Assembly: GCA_964016885.1 (NCBI GenBank) | Contig: OZ024741.1 | Coordinates: forward strand, 140,678,001-140,742,000 | Length of the DNA: 64,000 nucleotides | Direction of reading: 5' to 3' | From: Eledone cirrhosa | Taxonomy: Eukaryota | Notes under the pieces: model-generated | What the model was told of the DNA's origin: nothing | Seen by the model: only the letters and a program-made list of their open reading frames with translations | Database searches by the model: none | In this document: one piece after another, positions 13,196 through 25,961 of the stretch | Numbering within the stretch: position 1 is the stretch's first letter | Layout of the letters: each line of letters starts with the position of its first letter | Program-made: the position numbers and the translations under genes

Positions 13196-13525
13196 ATAGT
13201 ATAAAAAAACGAAAAACGAGTGATGCATCTGGACTCAGTTTATTGCGTGTTACAATTGTTTCGCCGGCAGGTAGCTCGAGACATGATTGCTCCGAAAGAA
13301 TTGCATGTGTCCGAGGGAACCTGCAGCCATAGAATCAGCCATATCCATACACTGATGATGTCTCGAGCTACCTGCTGGCGAAACAAGTGTAACACGCAAT
13401 AAACTGAGTCCAGATGAATCACTGATTTTTCGTGTTTTATACTATTCACACTCTGATCTGTAAGAATATTGAGTGCTAATTTTGGCATACCGCCTATGGA
13501 AGCACCATAGCTACCATTATACATA
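13196..13525. mobile_element. Foldback element with ~95-bp inverted arms, ~65-bp spacer and ~80-bp tail
   Basis: 13196-13290 is the reverse complement of 13357-13445. CTGATGA...GAAACAAGTGTA is present but stem I does not pair. The tail contains TTGAGTGCT and runs into (TA)n. Confidence 0.6.
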
Positions 13526-13526
13526 C

Positions 13527-13567
<41 letters not shown>

Positions 13568-13570
<3 letters not shown>

Positions 13571-13710
13571 CGAAGGAAATGTGCTAAGGAACCAGGTGGA
13601 CAATAACGCACCAAAGTACTCAATACTTGAGGTAGTAGAGTGGGTAATAGGAACCAGTAAGACCCCGACAGCTGAGCTCAAGCCGTTTCGACGGCTAATT
13701 CTGGACTCTA
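13568..13710 (-). repeat. Short repeat family in (TA)n, related to 21049-21220; probable pLTR 3' end
   Basis: ataacgaagg...taacgcacca.agtactcaatactt..ggtagtagagtgg.taataggaa is shared with 21049-21135. Confidence 0.6.
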
Positions 13711-13752
13711 TATATATATATATACTCACACACATATTATATATATATATAT

Positions 13753-15987
13753 ACTACGAAAAGGCTGAACACTACAAACAACAGAAAATTATGAGAAACC
13801 TAAAAACTCTGATCAACCAATACAAAGAAGGACTCACTAACAAGGAATTCAGCTTCATCACATACTTCACAAGTAAATTCAGCCTTTTCTACGGTATCCC
13901 TAAAGTACATAAACGCTAATTAATAAGTAAGGCGTGCAAGGAAGCCACGGACATAGTCATCAATGTCCCCTCACCCAATGATCTCAAATTTAAACCTATA
14001 ATAGCAAGCCCCGCTTGCGAAACCCACCGCCCTAGCAACTCCATTGATACCCTTCTCAAGCCTTTTCTCAAACACATCAAAAGCTATATAAGGGACGACC
14101 TAGATATGCTCAATCACCTCCCTAATATGCCCCTTTCTGAACAAACTCTACTAGTGACGTTCGGTGTAGTCAACCTATACTCCAACATAACACACAACCT
14201 AGGAATAGAAGCTATCCAATTCTGGCTGGATAATTACCACAATGAACTCCCGCAACGCACCAAAAAAGAATTCGTGATAGAGGGACTCAAATTTATCTTG
14301 GAGAACAATTACTTCGTTTTCAATAACAAACCCTACAGGCAGAAATATGGGACCGTTATGGGAACGAAAACAGCCCCCCACTTACGCCAACCTATTCATG
14401 GGATACCTGGAATTCACCCTCTACACTAAAGTACTAAACAAATTTGGAAACACTCTCCACTTACACATAGAAAGGAACTGGAAGCGATATCTAGATGACT
14501 GCTTCATCCTTTGGCACGAAAACATCGAGAAACTTAAAGAATTTCACACCCTTATAAATGGGCTCAACACGAATATTAACTTCACGATGGAATACAGCCA
14601 TCAACAACTCCCCTTCGTCGACATCCTCATTAAGATCCATAACAAAAAAATAGAAACACACATATACTACAAGCCTACAGACTCCAAGCAATATCTTCCT
14701 TTCAACTCTTGCCACGTTAAAATTAATATTCCCTACAACTTAGCCAAGAGAATCTGTACTATAGTCTCCAATAAAAACAGCTGCTACTTACGGCTACATG
14801 AACTAAAGGACACACTCATAGGCAGGGACTACGCGGCATCACTAATTGACAACGGAATCCAACGTGCCCTAAAACTCAGTACCCAGGACGTTAGACACCC
14901 TAAAGTAAATCAACCGAAACTAAAAGCTCTTCCATACCTCCCCACACACAACCCCCTCAACAATGAGGCCTTTGACACCATCCTCCAGAACATCCCTGTG
15001 TTGAAAAAGGACCATAGAATGAACCAAATCCTACGAACACACGATATCAGAAAGAGCAAAAGACAATCTAAGTCAATGAAAAAAATCCTAACACATGCCA
15101 AAGTACTGCCAACCACAACAACGAAACCCACAGTAAGAAAATGCGATAGACTGTGGCATATGCATCAACCTAATAGAGGTTTCGGAATTCTATTTCAAAG
15201 AAGGAAAACGTTTTATAGTAAAACACAATTTCACATGCGCATCAGAAAATCTAATATATGTATTAACTTGCTCAGGTTGTCGAGAACAATACATAGGCCA
15301 GACCAAAAACAGCCTCCGCCAACGCATGACTGTCCATAGATCCCAATTCAAAATACGGGAATACAGGAAAATAACACTGAGTGAACACATTGATACCTGT
15401 GCCGTCCCAAATCATCGCAACTTCAGAATCTTTCCCCTCTACAAATTTAAAGATAATGCCACCCACACCCAGCGCATCAGCAAGGAATCTTACTTTATTA
15501 ACAAATACGGACCCCGTCTAAACACTTCTCCCTAAGACGAACCCACAACATACACACGTCAACATACATACCTACATCAGCACACATCTCTACCCACATA
15601 TAAACACAATGACATACGTAAACACACATGTTCTATGGTGCAACACAAATATACACAAATTTGCATACCTTTTGATGTCTATAGATATAAACGTGCCGAC
15701 ACACACACATATACGCACACATGCATTGCACACTGATGGGCACATACATATTTGTACACAAGTATTCCAATACGGCAAGGCCTAATGGATTCCCCTTGCA
15801 GTACGTACAATCTGCACACTCACACACACCTTGGTATTATGCCAATACTATATATCATTTCACACCTTTTATTATTAAGGTTTTTTATGTTCTATTGAGA
15901 GAATCGTTTTTACTGAAAATATCGATAATGTACACCATTTTTACGAGTATCACAAAAATACTGGTCCACCCACACACACACACACAC

Positions 15988-16056
<69 letters not shown>

Positions 16057-16242
16057 CACACCCACATATATACACACACACATACACACGCGTACATTAA
16101 CATACAAAGAGACATACACACACACACGCACACTTCTCCGTATAAGACAAGAGCTGAAAAATATCTTTTAACGTGTTAAAATATCCCCCACACACGTACA
16201 AACACATTCCTACTGACCATCCCTCTACCACGAATTACTCTG

Positions 16243-16306
<64 letters not shown>

Positions 16307-16801
16307 ATTTTAATAGGCATTTGAACTGTCAACAAGCTGCGGTTCGCACACACATCCCTGCTGACCATTATAACAACAACGAACCTCTTTACTACTACTA
16401 CTACTACACACACACACACACACATATTTGTCTTGAAAGACTTATTTTTCAGTGACTTCTCAATCAGCCGAGACAAACCTACATTTGGCGCAAAATCAAT
16501 TTTTAATATTCACATGACTTCTACCGACCAATCAAAATTGTTTTGACCACAAGAATTTTTTCAAACATCTGGAGCCACTTTTTTTTACATAAAACAGGTA
16601 GAATTTCTAAAACTAATCAGATTAGAGCAAACATCACGGGCGCTCTATCTCAAAATTATTTTTGAAAAGCATTAGAAATGCGCAACCGGTAAAACCTAAA
16701 ACCAAAACTGAATACTAACCAATACTATTACTAATTTTTACTTATTCCTAATTAAACTATTTTTCACTGGGAACAATTTGTCAGCATTTTCTTTTCCTTT
16801 T

Positions 16802-16805
<4 letters not shown>
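13753..16805 (+). mobile_element. 5'-truncated Penelope-like (Neptune-type) retroelement, frameshifted RT + GIY-YIG + pLTR
   Basis: ORF pieces FYGIPKVHK, NLYSNI, GTVMGTKTAP, TYANLFMG, WKRYLDDCF, YYKPTDSKQYL, KESYFINKYGPRLN. Highly similar to 51.4-54.35 kb (minus). Both ends lie in (TA)n. Confidence 0.93.
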
Positions 16806-16855
<50 letters not shown>

Positions 16856-17439
16856 ATGTGTGTGTGTGTGTGTGTGAGTGTGTTTGCATGTATGACACTC
16901 AGAGGGTTAAAACGTACAAACAATTATATATATATATATATATATATACACTCGCCAGTTATTGTTGTGTAGTTCCAGGAAATCTGATTGGAAAAACCTA
17001 AATTCATTAGGGTATAATTGAAAGAGATTTGGTTGTTAATTACACCAGTCGGTCAATCGCTTGAAGGTTTCGTCACACGCTTGTTGGTAATTTATTTTTG
17101 ATTGTCAGTCATTTTTTCTCTTTCATCATTTTCCTTCCCATATTTTCCTTACACTCTCTTCTATTTCTTTATTTCATTTGTCTTTATATCCTCCCATTTC
17201 TACATTTTCGTCTTTCACAACGGTCTTTTGTCGTTGTTATTTTTTCTTAAGACATAAAGGAAAGGTATATTGTGTATTTTACAAGTACTTATTTAATCGT
17301 CATTTAAACAATCGATGACAAATAAATGGGTACTTCATTTGCTGTAACCAAATACCGCAAGGCATTCTTTTTGAAGCCATATTGATGCTGCCATCCACCG
17401 CTGTTACATTTGTCAGAATATTAGATTAATAAAATCGAT

Positions 17440-17700
17440 ATAGTTGTTATGGTCTTGACGTTACTACCATAATATCGAGGGTCCGATTCCTCGATTGGGT
17501 TGTGCGTGATGTTCTTGAATGAAACACTTCATTTCACCTTGCTCCAGTTCACGCAGTACCAGCAGCAATTGGGGTTTTAAATCTCCAATGGACTGGTGTC
17601 TTGCCGAGGATGTGTCTTCTTCACTTAATCTCTTAAAGTTAGAGAAACCGGGATAAACACCAGCCTGAGGAGACACCGGTCTCGAGACAGACCTCAGAAT
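17440..17700 (+). mobile_element. Old tRNA-derived SINE, family 2
   Basis: B-box-like gggtccgattcc followed by tgttcttgaatgaaacacttcatttcaccttgctccagttcac, related to the minus-strand sequence at 19310-19360. Confidence 0.55.
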
Positions 17701-18819
17701 TTTTAGACTAAAGACCAAAATACTACTGATGACCTACACTAAAATGTAAAGAGATTTGGAAAAAGACGATCGTAATAGGTTTATATTAATGTCCATTTAC
17801 ATTAAAAGAGATGTAGCAGTTCCACACCACCGTGTAAATGTCTGAATAATTAAGTATTTCACTTCGCATGCCTGTGGAGTCAACCATATCTGAATAGATA
17901 ATAATTTCCGTTTGTATTAGAATCCTTTCTAGGTTTCATCCCACAGCGTGACATCTTAGGAGAGTGCCATGTGATATAGCTTCTGTTTGCCCGAAGTATT
18001 TTAAATCTAGCTAGACGTGAACTGTTTGGACTGTTCCATTACGTTTCGTCTCTCAGTCTATTAAGATGAAATTTAAGTTAAGGTTCCATGTATTCATGGA
18101 ATGCTCAGTATCTTGCTCGTCAATTTTGCTAGCATACTGTACCATATTTCGAAGAAGATGCAGCAAAGATGGTCCGAACCTATGGAAATTCACTCCATAT
18201 CAAAGTCAGCTGGTGATTACAATATTGGGTTATAGTGGATCCCCTTGAGCATTACGTTACGAGTACACGTTTGTTTGGAATTGTCTCGTACTCATATGTT
18301 AATTTCACAATCATTAAACTATACCACTCAACAGATGGAGCTCCAACACATACATATCATATAAATATCGACGTTTATAATTTTCCCCGTGCATATTTTC
18401 CCAATACACATTTTAAAACTTTCTTACCGACTTTGTATTGGTTTATGGATAATATTTGTTAGTGATATACACTAATCAAATATGCGTTGACCGATTATAT
18501 TTGTTTTACTTTTTATTTACATTAGGGAACATACGAAACATGTAGAAACTATTATCGAACTCTGAAATGATTATTGATGTAGAATTTCACATACGTATAT
18601 ATTATCGGATGGGGAGAAAGTGTGAAACAACAAAATACAGTTAACGATATAGTGTACAGCAAGTAAACATTTGGCTGACATGACACAGGACAATGAAATA
18701 AATAGCATTGATGCATGTTCAAAATAATTTATATTTATAAGCTGAAAATATCAAATTAACCACAAATGTTTTATGAAAGAGGAACATAGCAGCAAACCAG
18801 GAAATATTTTCATTTGGGT

Positions 18820-19460
18820 GTTGAATCTCCGTCGGTTTCGACGACGAATTCTCCTATTGCCTCTCAATTTCATTGACAGGTTGTACATCCGCGAAGGGGT
18901 CTAGTTGTACAGTCAAACGGAACATTCTGTTCAAGGAATTTACGTGCAAGTCACTGAACAGTCTATTGGAACGTGTCACATCAACGTAGTTCTTAGAGAC
19001 ATTCGACGTGACACAGAGTGTGGAAAAGATAGCCCATTAAATTACTGGTGCAGACCATTATTTGTTATAGTATAAGTTATTGAGTTTTCATCAGATAGGT
19101 TTACGACTTACGTAGCTATCAGGGACATTCATATTGACCGTGTGGGCAAAGGCTAGACCTTTCAATTATACACAGGGTCCATCTTGTTTTATAATACAAG
19201 TGACTGAGTCGCTCACTCACAGGTTATAACGTTATTATAAGTGATATTCAGCGATATATAATGCGACTAGTCTTGCCATATGAATTACAACTACAACTCA
19301 TTTTTCAAACTTGAATGGAGTGCAGAAACATGAAATGTAGGGTCTTGCTCAAGGACATGGTTTCTAGCACAAGAACACATTATCTTGCTGAGGAATATAG
19401 CACGTTGCTCTTTCTGGACATCGAACTCACAATTTTCCGATCGAGAAGCCACACACTTTC
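18820..19460 (-). mobile_element. Old SINE family 2 copy with internally repeated 3' modules
   Basis: Minus strand has B-box gtgagttcgatgtcc and tgtccttgagcaagaccctacatttcatg. Imperfect ~100-130 bp repeats (aacgtagttc..gacattc..gtgac..aatta) recur at 18.95-19.3 kb. Confidence 0.5.
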
Positions 19461-19644
19461 ACGATAACGGTGTACATTCATACTCACTGCTAAACAAAGT
19501 GTGCCTTAACAAACAATTTGAAGAAACAGTTCTTGGAAAATACTGAAGTGATATGTAATTACAGGGAGCATTTATAATGACAACTCTTTCTTGGGTTCTA
19601 ACTTTCTTATCACTAATATGTTGTTTTTTTTATTTTTCATATAA

Positions 19645-19778
19645 ATAATTGTTTCTACATTAGGCACAAGGCCAGTAATTACCCAGTGCATTACTAGTAC
19701 TTCATTTTATCGACCCCGTAAGGATGAAAGGAAAAGTTAACCTCGGCAGGAATTGAACTCAGACTGTAAAGGGCCGTC
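19645..19778 (-). mobile_element. SINE family 1, 5'-truncated
   Basis: Matches the 3' two-thirds of the 5829-6015 copy. Confidence 0.85.
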
Positions 19779-19783
19779 GGACA

Positions 19784-19865
19784 TTAACCTCTTCAGTGCC
19801 GTAGACGAGATAACTCGTCCCAACATGTATGAATTCCTGTGCCACGGACGAAATAACTCGTCCTA
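19784..19865. mobile_element. Possible piggyBac-like DNA transposon terminus
   Basis: TTAA followed by CCTCTTCAGTGCC and two subterminal palindromic repeats GACGA(G/A)ATAACTCGTCC. No partner end was seen. Confidence 0.4.
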
Positions 19866-20279
19866 ATATTTTTCAACTCTTCCAACAGTTCATAACCTCA
19901 ACGTTAGTTGGGGTTTACTGGGTTACTAGTTTATTGATGTGGCATTTGCCAATTATTCAGATATGTGTTGTTAATAAATGTGTGTTTAAGAAAATAGTCA
20001 TTTTACTGACAAACAATCTTGCACAGCAACTGTAGCTGTGTAAAATATACGCAGCAGTCAACAGATTAAATTGACTCAGCAAATAAAAAGGCACGCTGTA
20101 ATTGTTGTCTAAAAAGTATAGCTAGGTCACACAATGATATGCTCCTTCTTGAAAGTTGTCCGATTCTTCGACATCAAAATTAGAAAGGATCTGGAAGCTG
20201 CTGACGAAGATACAACATCAACGATTGTATATGCGTTATAAAGAAAGTTTTATTGCGAGATGTATTAACGTGTTATAAT

Positions 20280-20440
20280 GGTTTCTTATATAAGCATAAG
20301 GCCAGAAATTTTGGGGGAGAGGAAAGTCGATTAAATCGACCCCACTGCGTTAACCTCGGCGGGATTTGAACTCAGATCATAAAGGAGCAAACTCTATGCT
20401 GCAAAGTATGGTGTCTGACCCTCTACGGATACTGCCATGC
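20280..20440 (-). mobile_element. SINE family 1 variant with internal deletion
   Basis: gttaacctcggcgggatttgaactcaga...gatactgcca (B and A boxes on the minus strand). Confidence 0.75.
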
Positions 20441-21048
20441 GAGCTATAATGTGAGGTAAAACGCTTTATAATGCGTTATGTGTGGTATAACGTGTTATGG
20501 CTTGATCTATAATGTGAGTTATAACGCGATGTTGGACAGTGTATATTACTTGTCTGAAGAATTGGATAAAAGAATTTACTGTAAATAGTTAGTGATGTTG
20601 CGCGAGAGAATATATCCTCTTAGTTATAAAAGATGGATATTTCTCTTTCCTCGCAGTGCTCACTTAAATACATAACATGGACTTATTGATTAGATATATT
20701 TCAAAGCGATTCTACATAGATCTAACGAACCAATAATACTGACTATAGCCATAATTATGCGAATGACGTCTTAAATTTGAAGTTTAGGAGGAAAATATAG
20801 CTATGCTGTTTGGGAACATCAATAGACATAGGCAAACATACGCACGTACTTATAAGACTCTTCATATACAAGACACGCCGCACAAAGACATAAACATCCC
20901 ACCTACGCACACATAAAAGTAAAGAGCAATTTGATTTAAATTCATACAAGATTGGAAAAAATACGCGACAATCTTCACAACCACTATGACGTATTGCTTT
21001 CATCTTAAGATGAACTTGTAAACATATATAAATGGGTATATATATATA

Positions 21049-21215
21049 TAACGAAGGAAGCGTGGTAAGGAAGCAGATGGACCATAACGCACCAGAGTAC
21101 TCAATACTTAGGGTAGTAGAGTGGATAATAGGAAAATGTTTAACCTCGACGGCTATTTCAATCTAGAAATAGCCGTCAAGACGGCTTGAACTCTGCTGTC
21201 GGGGTTAAACATTTT

Positions 21216-21220
<5 letters not shown>
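21049..21220. repeat. Short foldback repeat in (TA)n
   Basis: ataggaaaatgtttaacctcgacggc / gctgtcggggttaaacattttcctat inverted pair; shares its left half with 13568-13650. Confidence 0.6.
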
Positions 21221-21307
<87 letters not shown>

Positions 21308-21534
21308 ATATAAAAAATACACAGATACATGCGGACACATACATTTACATGAAAATATCCACATATATCCCTGAATTTGTGGTGCCAACCTCATCGAGGT
21401 TGCTCTATGAATAACTGGGACAAAATAATCCGAATGGATTAGATTGATTTAGTATCAGAGCTATATAATACATTATAAAGAAGAAACATTAGATATAATT
21501 AATAAGATATACCATAGCCAAATTCCTTCTTGAG

Positions 21535-21628
21535 TCCTCGACTACGTAGTTTCGTGGCATGTTATGCAAAAACACTACATCACAGAGATATAGTAATTTT
21601 TGTGAGGTTTGCCGACTTATCAAGAGGA
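21535..21628 (-). ncRNA. Type-I hammerhead motif with U3:A8 core and long stem II
   Basis: TCCTC-TTGATAA-GTcGGCA...CAAAAATTACTATATC tctgt GATGTAGTGTTTTTG...TGCCAC-GAAA-CTACGTAG-TC-GAGGA. Confidence 0.75.
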
Positions 21629-22119
21629 TATCTCATTAAGAGTTTCAAAACATTATTAATTATATCTAATGTTTCTTCTTTCTTTATAATGTATTATATA
21701 GCTCAGATACTGAATCAATCTAATCCATTCGGATTATTTTCTCCCAGTTATTCATAGAGCAAAATCGGTGAGGTTGGCACCACAAATTCAGGGATATATG
21801 TGGATATATTCATGTATATGTATGTCTCCGTATGTATATGTGTATTTCTTTATATTGTTTATAACTCCATATGGTAGAGTAACCATTGAAGTGTAGTGAC
21901 TGCTGGAAAGTTATCATTACTCAAACTTCTCGCCATCCTAGCCATCTCTTCTACGGCTTTGATATAAAAAAAACCGCCGCCTTTTGTGGTATTTTGGTGT
22001 TGGTTGTAAGAGGCTTAGCTCTGTTTCTTGACCGCTATATCACGTGATTGACTCCCCCTCCGTCTTTCGGGATTTTATCTCGCGTCCCACGGTTGTGTTT
22101 TGAAACTCTTAATGAGGTA

Positions 22120-22213
22120 TCCTCTTGATAAGTCGGCAAACCTCACAAAAATTACTATATATCTGTGATGTAGTGTTTTTGCATAATATACCACGAAAGT
22201 ACGTAGTGGAGGA
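22120..22213 (+). ncRNA. Mirror copy of the U3:A8 hammerhead, probably inactivated
   Basis: Same TTGATAA core, but GAAA-GTACGTAG-TG-GAGGA (GUG triplet, stem III mismatch). Confidence 0.55.
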
Positions 22214-22297
22214 CTAATGAAAGAATTTTGGTATGGTATATTTATTAATTATATCTAATGTTTCTTCTTTCTTTATAATGTATTATATATATATATA

Positions 22298-23165
22298 GTG
22301 GTAGAACACTGGAAGGTAATATCCGTAGTGGTAAAACACTCAGTCCATGGGACGAATTAGGTGGAAGTGGTTACACAACAGTTAGTTCACCATACCGAGA
22401 ACAATTGTTTCACTTTAGCGGAACCTCAGCTCGTAATGGACATGGTTATACGGAACAAGAAGAACCGTACGAACGCGCATGCGCAGAAACGGTCACTTCA
22501 CTCGGGCAATACTAAATTGCGTGCGAGAGGTGTAAGGGAAATAACTGGGAATCTCCGAAAGTTTCTAGTTGATAAGAACATTAGGATGTTGTTGTAATTC
22601 AATCCGGAGCTTTGTAGTTATGTAAGAGGTGTTTCCAGACGTGTGGACACGTGTGAAGAATTCATATCCAATTTAGGCAATCGCTATTGCGTAATTTCTT
22701 TAGAATATTCATTCGTTCACCAAATGATAGTCTACACGACGGATTGCCCCTTGCGTATGGCTTGAACTTAGTGATGGCTTTCCATTGAATGTAGTCTATA
22801 CTTGCGTCCTCGAGTGACCATACGTGACTCGCGGGTTTCGTGGATGAACGTCTGTCCGGGTACCTATAGATCGACTGATGGTTCAGAAAGCGTTCCTTAA
22901 ATCGGCCCTCCACCATACTCACATAGGATTTGACCTCCTGTGGTTGATTTGGTCGGTTGGAAGTGACCACAGCTTCATAAACTACAGCGGGTGTGTTGCA
23001 TTGTTGTTGAAGGGGACAAGCGTCGGGCTTACGGCAAGAGCACACTGGTGGGGTGTGGCTCTTAGGGCTGTTGGTGATGTGGTCCTTCATGTGCTTAGCG
23101 TAGGAGTATCCTAGTTTTACTTTGTTAAAGATGGAGCGGTATTTATGGGAAAGTGTCTATCTAAG
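22298..23165 (-). mobile_element. 3' fragment of a second Penelope-like clade (GIY-YIG with CxC..CP..C linker) plus pLTR
   Basis: ORF 22662-23090: CSCRKPDACPLQQQC..VVYEAVV..SYVSMVEGRFKERFLNH..ASHVWSL..CRL, continuing past a stop to ILHTCPH. Degenerate hammerhead CGAG-CTGAGGt..GAAA-CAATTG-TT-CTCG at 22391-22438. Confidence 0.8.
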
Positions 23166-23177
23166 CAGGCATAGATA

Positions 23178-25905
23178 GACGAGAGGAAACAACAAACAAG
23201 AAAGATCAGAACCTTGGTGGAAGAAACGACTGAATTGTCAAATCAAGGAAATGAGAAAAGACATTGGAAAGCTTGAGTCCTTACTGAATGGGACATTACA
23301 AAACATAGACACTAAAGATAGATTGAAAATAAAATACAAGGGGGAAAAGCTAAACATTATCATAGAGGAACTGAAGCAAGGCATTGTAGCAAAACGTGCA
23401 AAGATTAGGTGGTAATGGAACAGAGTTAGTCAGTATAGACAGATCCGCATGTTTGACAACAACCTGGCGTTGTTGTTTGGACAGCTTGTAGGGAAAGAAA
23501 GAGGCACGACGTGATCCCTGAGGCGGAACAGACTAAGACATTCTGGAGAGGAATATGGGAGCAGGATGTTGAACATAATAGTCAGGCAGTGTGGATTGAA
23601 ACAGTTCAAAAGGAGATTAGTGAACAAGCACACCAACAACCTGATTTGAGTATCACAGTTGAAACTCTTAAAGGGCAGGTCAAAAACCAAACCAATTGGA
23701 AATCACCTGGCCCAGATGGTGTGCAATGGTATTGCATTAAAAATATAACATCCCTCCACCCGAAACTGACAACCATGTTCAATGACTGCTTGATTTCGGG
23801 TGAAGTACCAGAATGGTTGACAAAAGGTACCACAGTTCTGGTAATGAAAGACCGAATTAAGGGTAATGATGTTACCAACTATAGACCTATCACATGTCTG
23901 TCCGTAATGTGGAAACTGTTAACAAGCATTATGTCTGAGGAAATCTATATTCACCTCCACATAAACAACTTGTTACCGGACGAAAAGAAAGGATACCGAA
24001 AGAAGTCCCGTGATACAAAAGACCAGTTACTTATTGATAAGATGGTAATGAAGAATTGCAAGAGGAGGCACACTGGTCTTGCCATGGGATGGATAGATTA
24101 CAAAAAGGCATTTGGCATGGTACTTCATTCTTGGATAACCAAAATCCTAGAGATCTTCAAGGTGGCAGATAACATCAGGCAGTTGTTGAGCAAATGTATG
24201 AATTCCTTGGAAACAGAGTTAACATCGGGTGGTGAATCCTTGGGAGGCGTGAAGATCAAGAGAGGTATCTTACAGGGAGATAGTTTGTCCCCTCTGCTGT
24301 TTTTCCTTGCCCTGATACCCCTGACCGTTATATTGCGAAAAGTGAGAGCAGGATACAAGTTGGGAAAAGGAGAGCTCACCATCAAACACTTCCTCTTCAT
24401 GGACGATCTTAAAATCTTTGGAAAGAGTGAGAAGGAGTTGGATGTACTTGTTGACACTGTCCGTATTTTCAGCAAAGATATATGTATGGAATTTGGTATT
24501 AACAAGTGTGGAGTCCTAGTGATGAAGAGGGGTAAATTGATCAGAAGCAACAGAATCCAGGTACCAACAGGTGAGATGATAAAGGAAATTGACACTGAAG
24601 AAGGATGCAAATATTTAGGTGTTCTGGAGACATATGACATCAAGAACAAAAAAGATGAAAGAATTGTTAAGATCTGAGTACATTGGGAGAGTTAGGAACG
24701 TATTAAAATCACATCTAAATATTAGGAATGTCATAAAGGCAGTGAATTCCCGGGCTGTGTCTATTATTAGGCACAGTTCTGAAATGGAGTGTTCCTGAAC
24801 AAAAGGAAATGGACAGGAAGACTAGGAAGCTATTGACTATCTACAACATGTTCCACAAGAGGAGTGATGTCGATAGACTCTACTTAAAGAGATCTGAAGG
24901 TGGAAGAGGTCTTATCAGCATAGAGGACTGTGTCCAGATGGAGAAAAACAACCTGCACAAATACGTGACTGACAGTAGGGAACCAATGCTCAAAATTGTA
25001 CTGAAGGAGAAGACAATAGACCAGGGGATGTCCAAGGAGGAAATAACAACAAGGAGGAAGAGCAACCTCCATGAAAAATCCCTTCATAGTACCTTCTTTA
25101 ACAAAACTGAATTTAGAGATCCACAGACATGGAACTGGTTAAAAAGAGGAGACCTTAAAAAGCAACAGAAGGAAGGCTAATGGCTGCGCAAGAGCAGGCC
25201 CTCAGAACGAAGTGGGTGAAACACCATATTGACAAGAAGGAGGCTAGCTTACTGTGTAGGGTCTGTGGAGAGAGAGAGGAGACTGTGGCTCACATTGTAT
25301 CCGAGTGTAAACACCTAGCCTAGACTCACTATAAAGGCTGGAGACATGATATGATAGGCAGGGTGATCCCCTGGCATCTATGAAAGTAAACAATTTAACA
25401 CATTCTCAGAAGTGGTATAAGCATAAGCCAGAATCGGTGATAGAAGACGATCAGGTGAAGGTGCTGTGGGATTTTGGGATACAGACGGACAAGAAATTAG
25501 AACACAATAGGCCTGAACTGGTGGTTTTGGATAAGGAAAAAAGATCGTGCCTGATTGTTGATATAGCCTGCCCATTTGACACGAGAGTGCAAGAAAAGGA
25601 GAGAGAGAAAATTACCCAATACCAGGATTTAAAGTGGGAGTTAAAAATGATTTGGAACTGCCAGGAAATCAAGGTCGTCCCGATTGTCATAGGCGCACTA
25701 GGTACTATCTCAAAGAGTTTCCAAGGATGGCTAAAGAAGATTAGTCCAGCCCCGCTTTTTGGAACACTTCAAAAGGCATGCTTGCTGGGAACAGCAAGAA
25801 CCTCCAATACGTCCTGAATATCTGAGGCTGCAGGTAGCGGCTTGATATTCATTTCAACAAACTTTCCAGTTAAATAACATCAATGACTGAGACTCAAAGA
25901 ATAAA

Positions 25906-25946
<41 letters not shown>

Positions 25947-25961
25947 TAATAATAATAATAA
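23178..25961 (+). mobile_element. R4/Dong-type non-LTR retrotransposon, family 1, 5'-truncated pseudogene copy with (TAA)n tail
   Basis: [52 protein letters not shown] (REL endonuclease); stops and frameshifts; (AAT)n at 25901-25961. Confidence 0.93.

Larger units (their letters stand above)
21301..22290. mobile_element. Inverted plus partial-tandem hammerhead-bearing non-coding element
   Basis: 21303-21503 is inverted relative to 21654-21862, and 21461-21651 is inverted relative to 22097-22290. Bounded by (TA)n. Confidence 0.75.
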
